Shown: piece by piece, positions 26,335 to 38,781 of the stretch
Position numbering within the stretch: the stretch's first letter is position 1
Layout: the number at the start of each line of letters is the position of its first letter
NCBI GenBank assembly: GCA_951406725.2
Contig: OX597831.1
Location: 42,408,001-42,472,000, forward strand
Source of the DNA: Octopus vulgaris
Taxonomy: Eukaryota
Direction: 5' to 3'
Length of the DNA stretch: 64,000 nucleotides
The notes under the pieces: model-generated
Told to the model about the DNA's origin: nothing
Database searches by the model: none
Seen by the model: only the letters and a program-made list of their open reading frames with translations
Position numbers and translations under genes: made by a program

Positions 26335-27015
26335 AGGCAGTGAGATGGCAGAATTATTAGCATGCTGGGTGAAATGCTTAGCAGTATTTCATCTGCCTCT
26401 ACATTCTGAGTTCAAATTCCTCTGAGGTTGAATTTGCCTTTCATCCTTTCAGGGTCGATAAATTACATACCAGTGAAATACTGGGGTCGATGTAATCCAC
26501 TAGTCCCCTCCCCCAAAATTTCATGCCTTGTGTCTGTAGTAGAAAGGATTATTATTATTATTAAGGTAGTGAGCTGGCATAATAATTAGCACACTGGATG
26601 AAATGCTTAGCGGTATTTCACCCGTCACTATGTTCTGAGTTCAAATTCCGCCAAGGTCAACTTTGCTTTCATCGTTTTGGAGTTGATAAATTAAGTATCA
26701 GTGAAGTACTGGGGTCAATGTAAACAACTTACCTCCTCTCCCAAAATTTCAGGCCTTGTACCAATAGTAGAAAGGATTATTATTATTATTATCATCATCA
26801 TTATTATTATTATTGAGATGGTGAGGTGGCACAGTTGTTAGCTCACTGGACAAAATGCTTAGTGTCTTTGCGTTCTGAGTTCAGATTCCACAGATGTCTT
26901 CAAAGTTGATGAAATAAGCACCAGTTGAGCACTAAGGTTGATATAATTGACTAGCCCATTTCCCCAAAATCTTGGGCCTTGTGCATATTGTAGAAAAGAT
27001 CATTATCGTTATTAT
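26335..27015 (+). mobile_element. Chain of 3 family B SINEs joined by (ATT)n
   Basis: Units start near 26335, 26563 and 26815. Confidence 0.85.
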
Positions 27016-27856
27016 TGCTTTCAAATTTCAATTACATATTTACCAAATTTGTATGAAAATGTATGCATGTTTGTAGAAGTTGATGTACACGTATCTCACA
27101 CAAGTATATTATATATATGTATGTATATATATATATACATACATATATATATATATATGTGTGTGTATACTTGTATGTATATATACATGCATACACAAAA
27201 ATGTGTTTGTATGCATGTATATATGGGTATAACATAACATTAGTGTAAATGTATATACATATATGAACATACACACATGCAGCACACACACACATCATTC
27301 AGCAGTGTGTCTTCAAGATTTGAGATTCATTATTAAATGACTTATCTACATATTTATGAATGCTTCTGCATTTATATTCTCTCTCTCTCCCTCTTTCTCT
27401 CTCAGCATATATATTAAGATTCATTGTTGCTACCACCACCACCAATAATACTCATACTCCTTTCTTGCTATCCCACAATTTTCAATCACCTCAGCTATAG
27501 TCGTTCTCTTCTCTTCATTCATTTTACCTGTCTGTCTGTCTGTCTGTTTTTTTTTTTTTACTCCCCATTTTTTTGTTTCTGTTGCTTGATATTTGTGCTT
27601 ATTTTTCTTTAGTTTTTGTGTTAATCATATAAGGTTGTTGTTGTTGTTGTTTTATTGATCTGTCACCCATTTTCATCTCCTAGCAACCATTCTGTGCACC
27701 TTCTGACATGTGCAATATTTTATATTTAACAAGTGACATGTGGCTTGGCATTACTCTTTGTCAGTATTTTCCAAAACAGGGGATCCAAGTTAGAAAAAAA
27801 CATGACTATTATTGTTTCTATAATAATGATTATTATTATCATCATTATTATTATGG

Positions 27857-30360
27857 AAGGCAGTGAGCTGGTAGAACCACCAGTGTGTTGGACAAAAAGC
27901 TCAATATTTCCTATCTGTTCACATTCTTAGTTAAAATTCTACTGAGGTCAACTTTGCCTTTAATACTATTGGGGTTGGTAAAATAAAGTACCAGTCAGGT
28001 CCTGGGGTCAATATAATTGAATAGCCTCCTCCCCCAAAATTCCAGGCCCTGTACCTTTAGTAGAAAGAATTGTTATTAATGTTAATAGTATTATTATAAG
28101 TAAGGCTGTAAGCTGACAGAATCGTTGGCACGCTGGACAAAATTCTTAGCGGTATTTGTTGCAGCTTTGTGTTGAATTCGAATTCTGCTGAAATCTACTT
28201 AGCCTTTAATGCTTTTGGGGTGGTGAAAATAAGTACCAGTTATGTACTTGGGTCAGTGTAATTAAATTAGTTCCTCCCTGCCTTTCATCTTTCCAAAGTC
28301 GATAGAATAAATATCAGTTAAGCACTGGGGTTAATGCAATCAGCTAGCCCCCCCCCCTCCCCTCAACATTTCAGGCTTTGTGCTTATTGCAGAAAGGATT
28401 ATTATTATTATTATTATTATTATGAGTGTGTGGGTTGGCAGAATTGGCTGAGCACCTGATAAAATGCGTTGGTGTATTTAGTTATGTCCCTTTAACTTGC
28501 TGGGCTGAGAAAACAAAATGCTGAGGGAAATTTTCACTTTCGCCATCGTAATTATATTGGTGCAAATGTGACATCTTTTACTGAACCAAATGTGAAAGCT
28601 GGTTTTGTCACTTGTCAGTGGGTTCTTCTTGGGAAAGACGTGTGCATCAGAAAATCCTGTGTCCATCTTTCTTCTAAGTTTTGAGGGTCTTGTGCGTTTA
28701 TGTAAAAGATGAAGAAACTTATTATTATTGTTATTATCCTTATTATTATGAAAGGCGCGGGAGTTAGCTAAGATGGTAAAATGTCAGACTAGCTGCTTCA
28801 CAGCATTTTTAATGGATCCTAGATTCTGTATTCAGATCCTGCTAAGACTATCTTTTGCCTTTCATTAGTTTCTGCGACTCTCTCTCTCTCTCAGATTGTG
28901 GAAACAAATATCAGGAGATTGACAATGCATCAGTCTTTAGCTTTACAAACAAAAAAAAAAAAGAAAAAAAAAGAAAAAACGGGGCTTGTGCCTTGCTGGA
29001 TGAAATGCCTTGTTGCAGTATTTATGCCCATGATGGGCTGCCTACAAATCCTACTATGTGTGATTTTGCCTTTCATCATCTACTGATTGATAAATCAAAT
29101 ACCAGTCATATAACTGGGTTCAGTTCGATTTCTTTTTTTAATCTTCCCTCTCCCTTCCCTGTAAATTTGTCAACTTATGGTGAGGGAAGTAATAATAATA
29201 ATAATAATAATTATTATTATTATTATTGACTTTGCCTTTCTTCCTTCTGGGGGGTTAATTAAAACACTAATCAAACACTGGAGCCAATATAATCAATTGA
29301 TTGTACCCACTGCTCCACGAAACAGTTGCTGGCCTTGTGCAAGAAATTGTTGTTATTATTATCGTTATTATTATATATTATTATTATATAAGGTGGTGAG
29401 CTGGCAGAATCATTAGCACACTGGATGAAATGCTTAGCAGTATTTCACTCGTTGCTCCATTCTGAGTTCAAATTCCACCGAAGTCGGCTTTGCCATTCAT
29501 CCTTTCAGGTTGATGAAATAGATACCAGTTGAACATTGGGGTCTATGTAATCAACTCATCCCTTCCCCAAAATTACTGCCCTTGTGGCAAAATTTGAAAT
29601 CATTATGATTATTATTATTAGAGTGGTGGTTTGGCAGAATCATTAGAGCCTTTCAGTAATTCTTATGACTCTTTACATTCTGAGATCAAATCCACCTGAA
29701 GTCAACTCTGCTTTACCTCCCTCCAGGAGGAAGGAAATGAAGTACAAGTCAAATACTGGGGTGGTAGGATGTAGTCAACTAACCCCTTCCCCTCAGAAAT
29801 TGCTGGCCCTCTTCCTAAATTAGAAACATTATTATTATTAGTGGATGGCAGAAATTGTAGAGTGATGGACAAAAATACCTCGATGTATTTAGTTACATCT
29901 CCCTACACTCTGAGTTCAAATCCCACTATTACTCATAAATAAATGTTAGTCATATATTTGGATTAATGTAATCAACCTTGATCCTTCTCAAAATTGGCAG
30001 CCTTAGAAATGATTACTGGGGTACAGAGTCAATAAAAATAAAATATCAGTCATGTACTGGGGTCAGTTTACTGGACTAGATTTCATCCCCTAAACAATTA
30101 TTACTAGTAGTATTATTAGGGTGTTGGATTGGCAGAATTGTTACGGTTTGGGTAAAGATGTCTTGGGGTTATTTAGTTAGAGCCCTTTAGTATCTGAGTT
30201 CCAATACTGCCAAAGTCAACTCTGCCTTTTATCACTTTCAGTTTCAATGTAATAAAATAAAGTACTAGTTAAACACTAGTATTGATATATTCTACTATTC
30301 CCTCTCCCCTAAAATTCCTGGCCCTGTGCCGCTATAAAAGACGAATTTGTTATTATTAAA
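27857..30360 (+). mobile_element. Chain of ~10 family B SINE copies and fragments of varied divergence
   Basis: Recurring TGGCAGAAT / CTGAGTTCAAAT / TTTGCCTTT / AAGTACCAGT motifs separated by (ATT)n. Confidence 0.8.
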
Positions 30361-30415
30361 ATTCTGATTACTTCTGAATTTCTTCATCAACACTGTTTTC
30401 CATTATAAAGGTAAA

Positions 30416-30458
<43 letters not shown>

Positions 30459-31139
30459 ATTATATTTGCATGTTGTATTACATATGAAGTAATATCACTA
30501 ACAAAGTAAAGAAGTACTTGATATGTATTGTGAAATAAATATTTATTGTCATGTAATATAATAGTTACATCTCTCACTACAATTTCATTACTTTCTGTTT
30601 GATGCCAAGAAAAAAAAAAGAGGAAGTGATTGTCTTATGTTCCTTGTAAAAAAACAAAAACAAAAGAACCAAGAATTATTTCATATGTTATTGTTATATC
30701 CTTTATACATACTGACATACATCCCTGCTTACATTTTTCAATATGAGGCGTGCGTTCAATGTTTTGCCGCTTCTATATATTTTAATTCTCTCTCTCCCCT
30801 CCTCTTTTGAATACTCTTTCTACTCATTCATCATTTGATCATAGGTTAAAGAATAAATATATACTTGATTATATGTTATGTATATCAGGTTGACTGGGAT
30901 TGAAGTTTCATCTGTAGTGGCATAGCCAATCTGTATACTGTTTGAAACTGCCACTATTGACAAAACCTGAATCCCTAATCAACCCAGTGTGGCTAATAAA
31001 TTTTGACTACACCCCCCCCCCCCAAAAAAAAACAGAGGAAGAAGTCATTAAATCATTGAACTTCTTCATTAGGATATGTTTGTTTCTGTTTATAACATAT
31101 TTTAACAACCCTTACATTAAACACACACACATGTACATA

Positions 31140-31425
31140 TAGTTGATAGAAATGGTAAAACAACAAAAGGAAGAAAGAGACCTCGATATTATGTAAATAG
31201 AGGAATTTATCTGTAAATGTAATATGTGACAATTATTCGGTAGCCATGGTAAAACTCCGAGTTTCAGATGTCGGGGTGGAAATCCACGCTGCCATCATTT
31301 TCATACCATTTTTTCCGATGGCCGGATATCTGAAGAGATGGGGGCGTGGATTTCCACTCCGACACCCGAAACACGGAGTTTTATCATGGCTACCGAATAA
31401 TTGTCACATATTACATTTACAGATA
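31140..31425. mobile_element. Penelope-like terminal fragment with fold-back (arms 31208-31296 and 31337-31425) abutting (TA)n
   Basis: TATCTGTAAATGTAATATGTGACAATTATTCGGTAGCCATG.. is mirrored by ..CATGGCTACCGAATAATTGTCACATATTACATTTACAGATA. Confidence 0.75.
31321..31390 (+). ncRNA. Type-I hammerhead-ribozyme-like motif
   Basis: CTGAAGA (31330-31336), GC-rich stem II, GAAA (31368-31371), C-ACGGA-GT-T; the mirror arm gives GAAACTCGGAGTT. Stem I (GCCGGATA/TATCATGGC) is imperfect. Confidence 0.55.
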
Positions 31426-31432
31426 TATGTAC

Positions 31433-31494
<62 letters not shown>

Positions 31495-31714
31495 TAGAAT
31501 GACAAACGAATAGATAATTATGAGTATGAACTTCATTACAGTTGTTTCTTCTATAAGATACTCATACTTAAATGCTTGAGTATCACACTATAGCTCCAAT
31601 GAAGTTGTAGCACGATGCTCAAGTGTTCAACTATGAGTGAATTGTATCTTATAGCAGAAACGACTGTAAGCTAATGAAGTTTATTATATAATTTCTTATT
31701 CCCTTGTCATTTTA
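31495..31714. repeat. Imperfect ~220-bp fold-back next to (TA)n
   Basis: AACTTCATTACAGTTGTTTCT..TATAAGATAC..CTTGAGTATC is mirrored by GATGCTCAAG..GTATCTTATA..AGAAACGACTGTAA..TAATGAAGTT. Confidence 0.7.
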
Positions 31715-32077
31715 CTTTCTTATTACTGCTCTGTACTCAACTGCCGCTTCATTCTGAAGCATGTGTAGTTTGAGTTCTAACACCAGACTATTAGTACCGT
31801 TATGTCAAAACGAAATATCAATAAGTAAATGTGTGTGTGTGTGTCTGTGTGTATATATATATAACCATCCTATGGGAATATGTTTGTGTGTGTGTTTATA
31901 TATATATATTTATATATATATATATATACACACACATACACACACACACACACATACATACACTCTCACCCACCTGCACAAACACTTTATAAACATACTC
32001 ATATCTCTACAATACTATACATTTTTATCCAAAGCTAAGAAAAGTGATATTTTTTTCTCTCTCTTTTTATCTCACAG

Positions 32078-32104
32078 AAAGACACCCTTTATGTAGCTCG
32101 GTAG
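32078..32104 (+). CDS. Candidate very short terminal exon (phase-0 reading KDTLYVAR*) followed by U/A-rich 3'UTR-like sequence
   Basis: Strong polypyrimidine acceptor TTTTTTCTCTCTCTTTTTATCTCACAG|; frame unknown. Confidence 0.2.
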   Translation, partial: KDTLYVAR

Positions 32105-32906
32105 TGTCAGAACAACTATTGTTGTTGTTGTTGTTGTTGGTTGTTACTATTTTGGAGTTTTCCACTTTTGAAAGCACCTTTTAAATCACTCAGTCTCCTT
32201 CTTCTTGGCTTTTTTTTATTTTTTAACTTTTTTTTCTTTTTTTTAACTTTTCTTTCTACTTTACCAATTCCTTTCTTAAACACTTTCTGATTTTGAAAAT
32301 AAAATTTCCATCCTTATTTAGAAAACAAATGACAAAAAAAAAATTTCCATTGAAGAAAAGATATATATAAAATCAAATGAAATAGAATTAAAGAATGCAA
32401 AAAAAACAAAATCAAACCAAAGACAAAACAATTATAAAATCTTAAAAACCAGACAATATAATTGCTGGCTAACAATAATATGTAAAATGAAAAACTGAAA
32501 AACATCAAAAAAAAAAAAAAATGACCCCAAATAATTAAAATCAAACTGTTTATCCGACTGTCTACCCTCCCTACTTTCCCCATCTCATGGGAAAAAAAAA
32601 ATTATATATATAATGTTAACCACTTTTACAAATCTTTTAAAAGATCTATAATGAAATGTGTTGATTGTAAATGCTTCTCTCAAAAAAACCTTATAGGTAT
32701 TATAGGCTTCAATGAAATTCATGTATTGCAAGTGTTTTGCTTGTATATGTGTGCATATGTATACATGTATGTGTGTGTATGTATATGCACAAATACGCAT
32801 GCAGATTATACATGTGTGGTTGTGTGATGTGTGTCAGAATACCAATGTTGGCAAATGTAAATATGTTTGCATGAACGCATTTAATGAAGCTGTATATAAA
32901 TGAACG

Positions 32907-32975
<69 letters not shown>

Positions 32976-33182
32976 CATGTTTAAAACGAGGAAAATACTC
33001 TTGCGCATTGTATGTTTTTGGTGATTAATTAATTACCAATCTTACACCTAAATTTTGAGATTAAGCTATTGTTGAAAACTCACAACCACAAAACGCGCAT
33101 TTAGGCAGTTAGTTGATGTAGTATACCTTTCTTTCTTGGTGTTAAATCTCTCTCTCACCCTGTGTGTATGTATGTATGTTTG

Positions 33183-33232
<50 letters not shown>

Positions 33233-33258
33233 ACATACATGAATGTAATTTATACATT

Positions 33259-33306
<48 letters not shown>

Positions 33307-33756
33307 GATGTTAATAATGTCTATTTGTGCATGTTTGTTTTCTCACTTCACATGTATACATTAATGTGTATCTCTCTGTATGTGTACATGTGTGTGTGTG
33401 AATGTAGATGTGTGTGTGAGTATGCTTAATATGTTTATGTAATATAATGTGTATACAGCATTTAACACTTGATACACACACACACACACGCACAAAAGCA
33501 AAATAAAAACAAATGAGACTTTCCCATCAGGAGATTCCTGCATTGGCTGTCATTCCCAAATTTCTTTAAGGTTGGCATCAAAACCTTTCTGTGTCTCTGT
33601 AAACCTCTTTATATTTGACGTATCTGTATAGAATATCGGCTTTATATATGACACTCATAAGCGGAATGCCAACGTTTGTCTATGACTATTGGAGTCCTAA
33701 TCTAATTAGTAGTTAATCCTGATATGGTGGCAACAGACTCACCAAGACTTACACAA

Positions 33757-33850
33757 TTACTACTACTACTACTACTACTACTAGTACTACTACTAGTACT
33801 ACTACTACTACTAGTACTACTACTACTACTAATGATAGTGATACTACTGT
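33757..33850. repeat. (CTA)n trinucleotide microsatellite with GTA interruptions
   Basis: Direct reading. Confidence 0.95.
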
Positions 33851-34112
33851 GTATATCCAGAAGCTTTCCTTCCTTTATGATGTGGAGAGGGAAAGGAGCT
33901 GACGAATTGGAGGGAAGAATTGATGTGTCTATTGGGGTGTTGATATTGGAGGATTTTGCTCCTAACCTCTGACCACTCTCTATTGGACTTAGCTTACTTC
34001 CTAGGAGTATAATTCAGAGAAGATCTTCAATAGATGCTATTTGTACTCATATCTGTACACACTCACACACGCAAGATCAGATGCAAACAAAACAAAGGCA
34101 CACTTTTTAAAG

Positions 34113-34543
34113 CAGTGGTTCTCAACCATTTTTACATAAGGTCCCCTTAGTTCTTGTTTTACTTGGATATGCCTCCCTAGCTATTTGATGTTAAAAAAAA
34201 TGCTATTATATTTTTAAAATTAAATATTTAGGGATTGTATAAAAAAAAATTGTTAAAATATTTTGTGTATTATAGAAATGTAAGCAATTTATTGCACAAG
34301 AGACACATGGGATGGAGTGCTGCTAAAGAGGTCACAGGATGCGTGACGAAAAATTTCTAGACAAAGGACATAAAATAAGAAAAATAAATATATCTGAAAT
34401 GACAGATGAATATAATATAGTGTAATGTGTTTATTTGGCAAAAAGGAAAAAAGAAAGATGACCATCTCGAAATATAATAATTTTGATGACAAAATCTTAT
34501 ATGGACTGTTAAAGGTCATATGAACCCTAGTTGAGAACCACTG
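34113..34543. mobile_element. Non-autonomous hAT (Buster/Charlie-type) MITE, 431 bp
   Basis: 14-bp TIR CAGTGGTTCTCAAC / GTTGAGAACCACTG; 8-bp TSD TTTTAAAG (34105-34112) vs TTTTAAAA (34544-34551), nnnTAnnn type. Confidence 0.85.
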
Positions 34544-35242
34544 TTTTAAAAGGTTGTTTTGTTGTTTTACTTGCTGGAAATAGAAGACGAATAACTCTCT
34601 TGTATTATTCCAACCATCTTGAAAAGTGAAGGACACTTTAGATGATGAGGTCCTGAAATACTCAGTGGACTGAGAGAAAAATGGATGTGGTAGTGGTTAT
34701 GGTAGGAATATCTTTTTGATCATAGGTCTACTCAGTCAGGGTTCACTTGGGGTTAAACAATAATAATACTATAATAATAATAATAATAATAATGATAATA
34801 ATAATGTGTGCTTAGTTCATTTAAGACATAAGTTTGTGATAATATATGTAATACCTAGAGTATGTAAAGCTAACTTTTTTCCTTCAGTACAACACACACA
34901 TACACACACACACATGTGTGTGTATATGTGCAACGTGAGAGTAAAAAAAAAGACTTAGTAATGACTGTTATAATTTTTCCATTTAAGTATGGGAGATAAC
35001 TCTGAATAAGCTTTGGTATTATTCTGATCCCATCAGTATAACATAGTATTTACAGTACTTGCTAAAGATGTGATGTAAGAATTAATGTGTTACTGTTATA
35101 CATTAGTTGCCACAGTAAAATAGAATTGTTTAGAGAATATATAAATTCAGAGACACCATCTGCATAAAAGAAACAATAGTTAAGTTGTTGTGAGCATATT
35201 CAATACTGAGAATATCAAAAAGCTGACTAAAAATAGTTTTGT

Positions 35243-35642
35243 TGTATTTTAAGAGGGTCATTATGCCAATAATAAGCACACACTGGTTCTATTTCACTTT
35301 ATTATTTATCAAATGATTAGTTACTTAACCAATTAACTAATCAATTGTTTGATTAGTCATTCAGTTAACCAATCAATCAATTGTCTTTGCTCGAGTCATT
35401 TTGTAGGTTCAATATTGAACCTAAAACTAATAGACAGACCTGAAGCTAACCCAGAGCAGAGAGGTCACAAATGACAATGAAAGGACTTTGACAAACACCG
35501 CTGATTGATTGATTAACCAAATTATTAATCAAACAATCAATTAGTTGGTTAGATATCTAACCGACTGACAAATAGTAATAAAGAAGTGAAATTGAACCAG
35601 TGCATGTGTTTAATACTGGTGTAATGACCCTCCCAAGATACA
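35243..35642. mobile_element. ~400-bp fold-back / MITE-like element with long imperfect inverted arms
   Basis: GAGGGTCATTA..CACTGGTTCTATTTCACTT is mirrored by AAGTGAAATTGAACCAGTG..TAATGACCCTC; internal perfect palindrome TAGGTTCAATATTGAACCTA at 35404-35423. Confidence 0.7.
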
Positions 35643-36118
35643 GTGTAATTTGTTTCAACTCATCAAGTATCTTGCAAACCAAATACATAAACCAAAAAAT
35701 AATTATGTTCTGAAGAAAAGTTCTCAAGATATAACACTTTATATGAATCCTACATCCTGGCTATTTATTATTTTAGCAGAATAAGCTAACAGACAATGCT
35801 ATGAGTGGTGTTGATCATGATTACAAGTAGTTTACAAGAAGAAATAGGAATAGATGAAGGTTCAAATATTTAGTTAAAGAAATATTTAAAAGAATAATAG
35901 TATAATAATTATAATAACTGATAAGATTAGAATTCAATCTTACATATGCTTGCATATATGAATAAAATTAGTTACTTTTATCCTAAATTGTGTGTGTGTG
36001 TTTGGTAATAAATACAGTAGTAAAAATACTCAGTACAGGATGTAGAGTATATTTAAAATTGATGATTTACCATTATTGTTAATCTGAGTTACTCAGAGGG
36101 GATTTCTCAGCTTATCTC

Positions 36119-36170
<52 letters not shown>

Positions 36171-36173
<3 letters not shown>

Positions 36174-36360
36174 GGAAAGTTTACAAAAATAAACAAAAGA
36201 CGAAGGCAGGTGGTGTACAAAACAAACAGATGTATTAGTATAGCGCTCAGGAATAGAAAAAGTCTTTTATGTTTCGAGCCTATGCTCTTCTACAGAAAGG
36301 TACACTGAAAAAACAAGGAGAGAAAAAAATGTGTGTAGTGGCTAACGATCTATCATGGCA
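36171..36360 (-). mobile_element. (TA)n-anchored ~190-bp repeat, probable Penelope-like 3' end with hammerhead-like motif
   Basis: Reverse-complement homolog of 59590-59783; both end at a (TA)n tract. Confidence 0.65.
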
Positions 36361-37336
36361 TCTTTATTAGACTCACAGTTATATATATATAACTGTGAGT
36401 CCAATAAAATATATTTTGTTTTGCCCAGAGACTCGTCAGCAGCTGGAATTGGTGCGTGGTCCTATATAACTAGCCGTACCATGTTACCAATTCCAGTTCT
36501 TGACTAGCCCTTGTCTGAAATGAAATATGCATTTTGGGACTCACTATGGTGGATTATACTCATTGACACTCAGACTACTAACTCTGTGTCCTTTATTCTA
36601 GATGGCCTGACCATATTCCTATATACTTGTCAACCCCCCAAAATAATATATGTATCTATATACATGTGTGTGTGTGTGTGTGTGTGTGCATCTGTATATA
36701 TTTATGTGTGAGTATATAGAGTTTTGATCAAAATAAAAAATTTCTCAATCCTTAACATGTAGAAAATGTATGCGTCACAAAAATCCAATACATACCAGAT
36801 GTTTTTTTTTTAATTAGAAAATCCACACATTATTTGAATGTAATATGAAATTTATATGTGTGTAGACTCTATGTCTTTGTAATTTTGTAATATACATATG
36901 TTTATGTTTTTTTTTTAATGATATATATAATTATAATTTTAAAAATATATATATAATACACATTATATATAAGAATTGGTAAAAAGAATGGTTTTTCAGG
37001 TTTTTGAGTATAATGTATTTTGGCTACTTCTGAAAATTATTTTGCGTATTATTCCTGTAGCCATTTCTGGTTGCATTCTGTAATTCTGCACTCATTTTCA
37101 CCATATTTTGGAGTGATGAAAATAGTATCCTAGTTAATGCAACATGTTGTTATTATGATAGCATTCATACCTAATTAGTATGCAATAGTTACAATTTCAG
37201 ACACTGTCTTGTATTATAATTATTATTATTATTATTATTATTATTTTGTTGAATAAATATATCAAAAGTCTGTAAAGCTATGTATGTGTGTATACATGTA
37301 TATATGTGAGTGTGTGTATGTGTGTGTGTGTGTATG

Positions 37337-37384
<48 letters not shown>

Positions 37385-38749
37385 AGTAGTAGTAGTGGCT
37401 ATGTGTAGATTGTACAAAGAAGTAACTACTCAAATTTAAGATAACTGAATGTATTTGCATTTCAAATGTTTAAAAAAAAAAGAAAAAAAAAGAAAATATA
37501 AGCAAATCACATATGCTTATGTGTAATCTTGTTAAAAGCTGTTTTCAGTTGTGTATAAGTATGTATGAATGTATCTGTGTGTGTGTGTGTGGGTGGGTGT
37601 GTATATAAATGAATACATGTTTGGGGATAAAACAAAAAAAAAAGAAAGAAGAAGAAAATGAAGAAATATAGTCAGTGTATGTTGTAGAGTTTATCTATTC
37701 ATTCATAGCTGATTATTCACTCCATAGCTGCCCTGGATTCACTGTACTGTTTGTATGAGTTTATGAAGGTGACAAAAACGAGAATGAATAAGTTGGTGCC
37801 ATAGAATACACTTTGTATCCTGCTTTCTGTGAAGGATTGTGAGATTGTATTCTCTGATATCTGAACAAATGCGTAGCAATGGAGTGAACTGTCGACTTCA
37901 AATGAATACATATATATTATATATATATGAAGTATGTTTCTTCCCCATTTCACTTTTTCCATAGAAATCACTGAGTTTCTTGACTGTCTTTCTTGCTTAG
38001 ATGTTTTCTCTTCTGTTTTGTTTTGTTTTGTTTTCTTTCTTCAAAGAAGGCAATAGCAAAGGGACATAAATCCGCTGTAGCTGAATCCTTAATAAAATAT
38101 TTTATAGGAGAATACAGTCTTTTTTTTTATTTTTATGTGTGTGTATGTTCATGTTGTGAAGTTTCATATTTATTCCAGCAAACTGAATTTTTTTTTTTTT
38201 TTCCTATTTTTTTCCTCATTTCTCTTCATCTTATTCTTTTAAAAAATGTATTTCATGAATTCATGCCAATGGACATTTCAGCTGAAAAACAGGTTCTGAT
38301 GGAAGACAATCAGTGTTTTCTTGTAACAGTAGCTTATCAACCACTTGTTATAAATAAGCTGTTACATTGTGGAAACTGTTTTCTTCATAAGTCACTGCAT
38401 TTAGAACATGACATCAAGAACAGTGATAATAATGATAAATTTCATAATTTCTTTCACCTCATAAAGGCAGTGTTTTATGAAGGCATTCTCATTTGGGTAT
38501 GTGATATTTTGGCATGGCTGTTTTGGCCCCAGCTATTTGACACTGTATATTTGATGCTGACTATCAGACATTTTTGTCCTCAAGACCTCATGGCACTGTG
38601 AAGATTGTTTTTATTCTGGTTGACAATTTATTAATCACGACAATTAAATTACTCAACTACTAAAATTTGTTTAATTTTCTACTTCACGTTATGTATGTGA
38701 TGGTTTGTGAGATTGTTTATGTTGATTGGTTTCCATTAATAAATTGTCA

Positions 38750-38781
<32 letters not shown>

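Noticed and set aside
37750-37815. SECIS element (ATGA..AAA..GA)
   Set aside because: Helix II pairing and spacing do not fit, and no selenoprotein CDS is visible.
37993-38601. 202-aa ORF
   Set aside because: Non-ATG start, poly-T-derived Phe/Leu bias and no recognisable domain; the sequence looks UTR-like.
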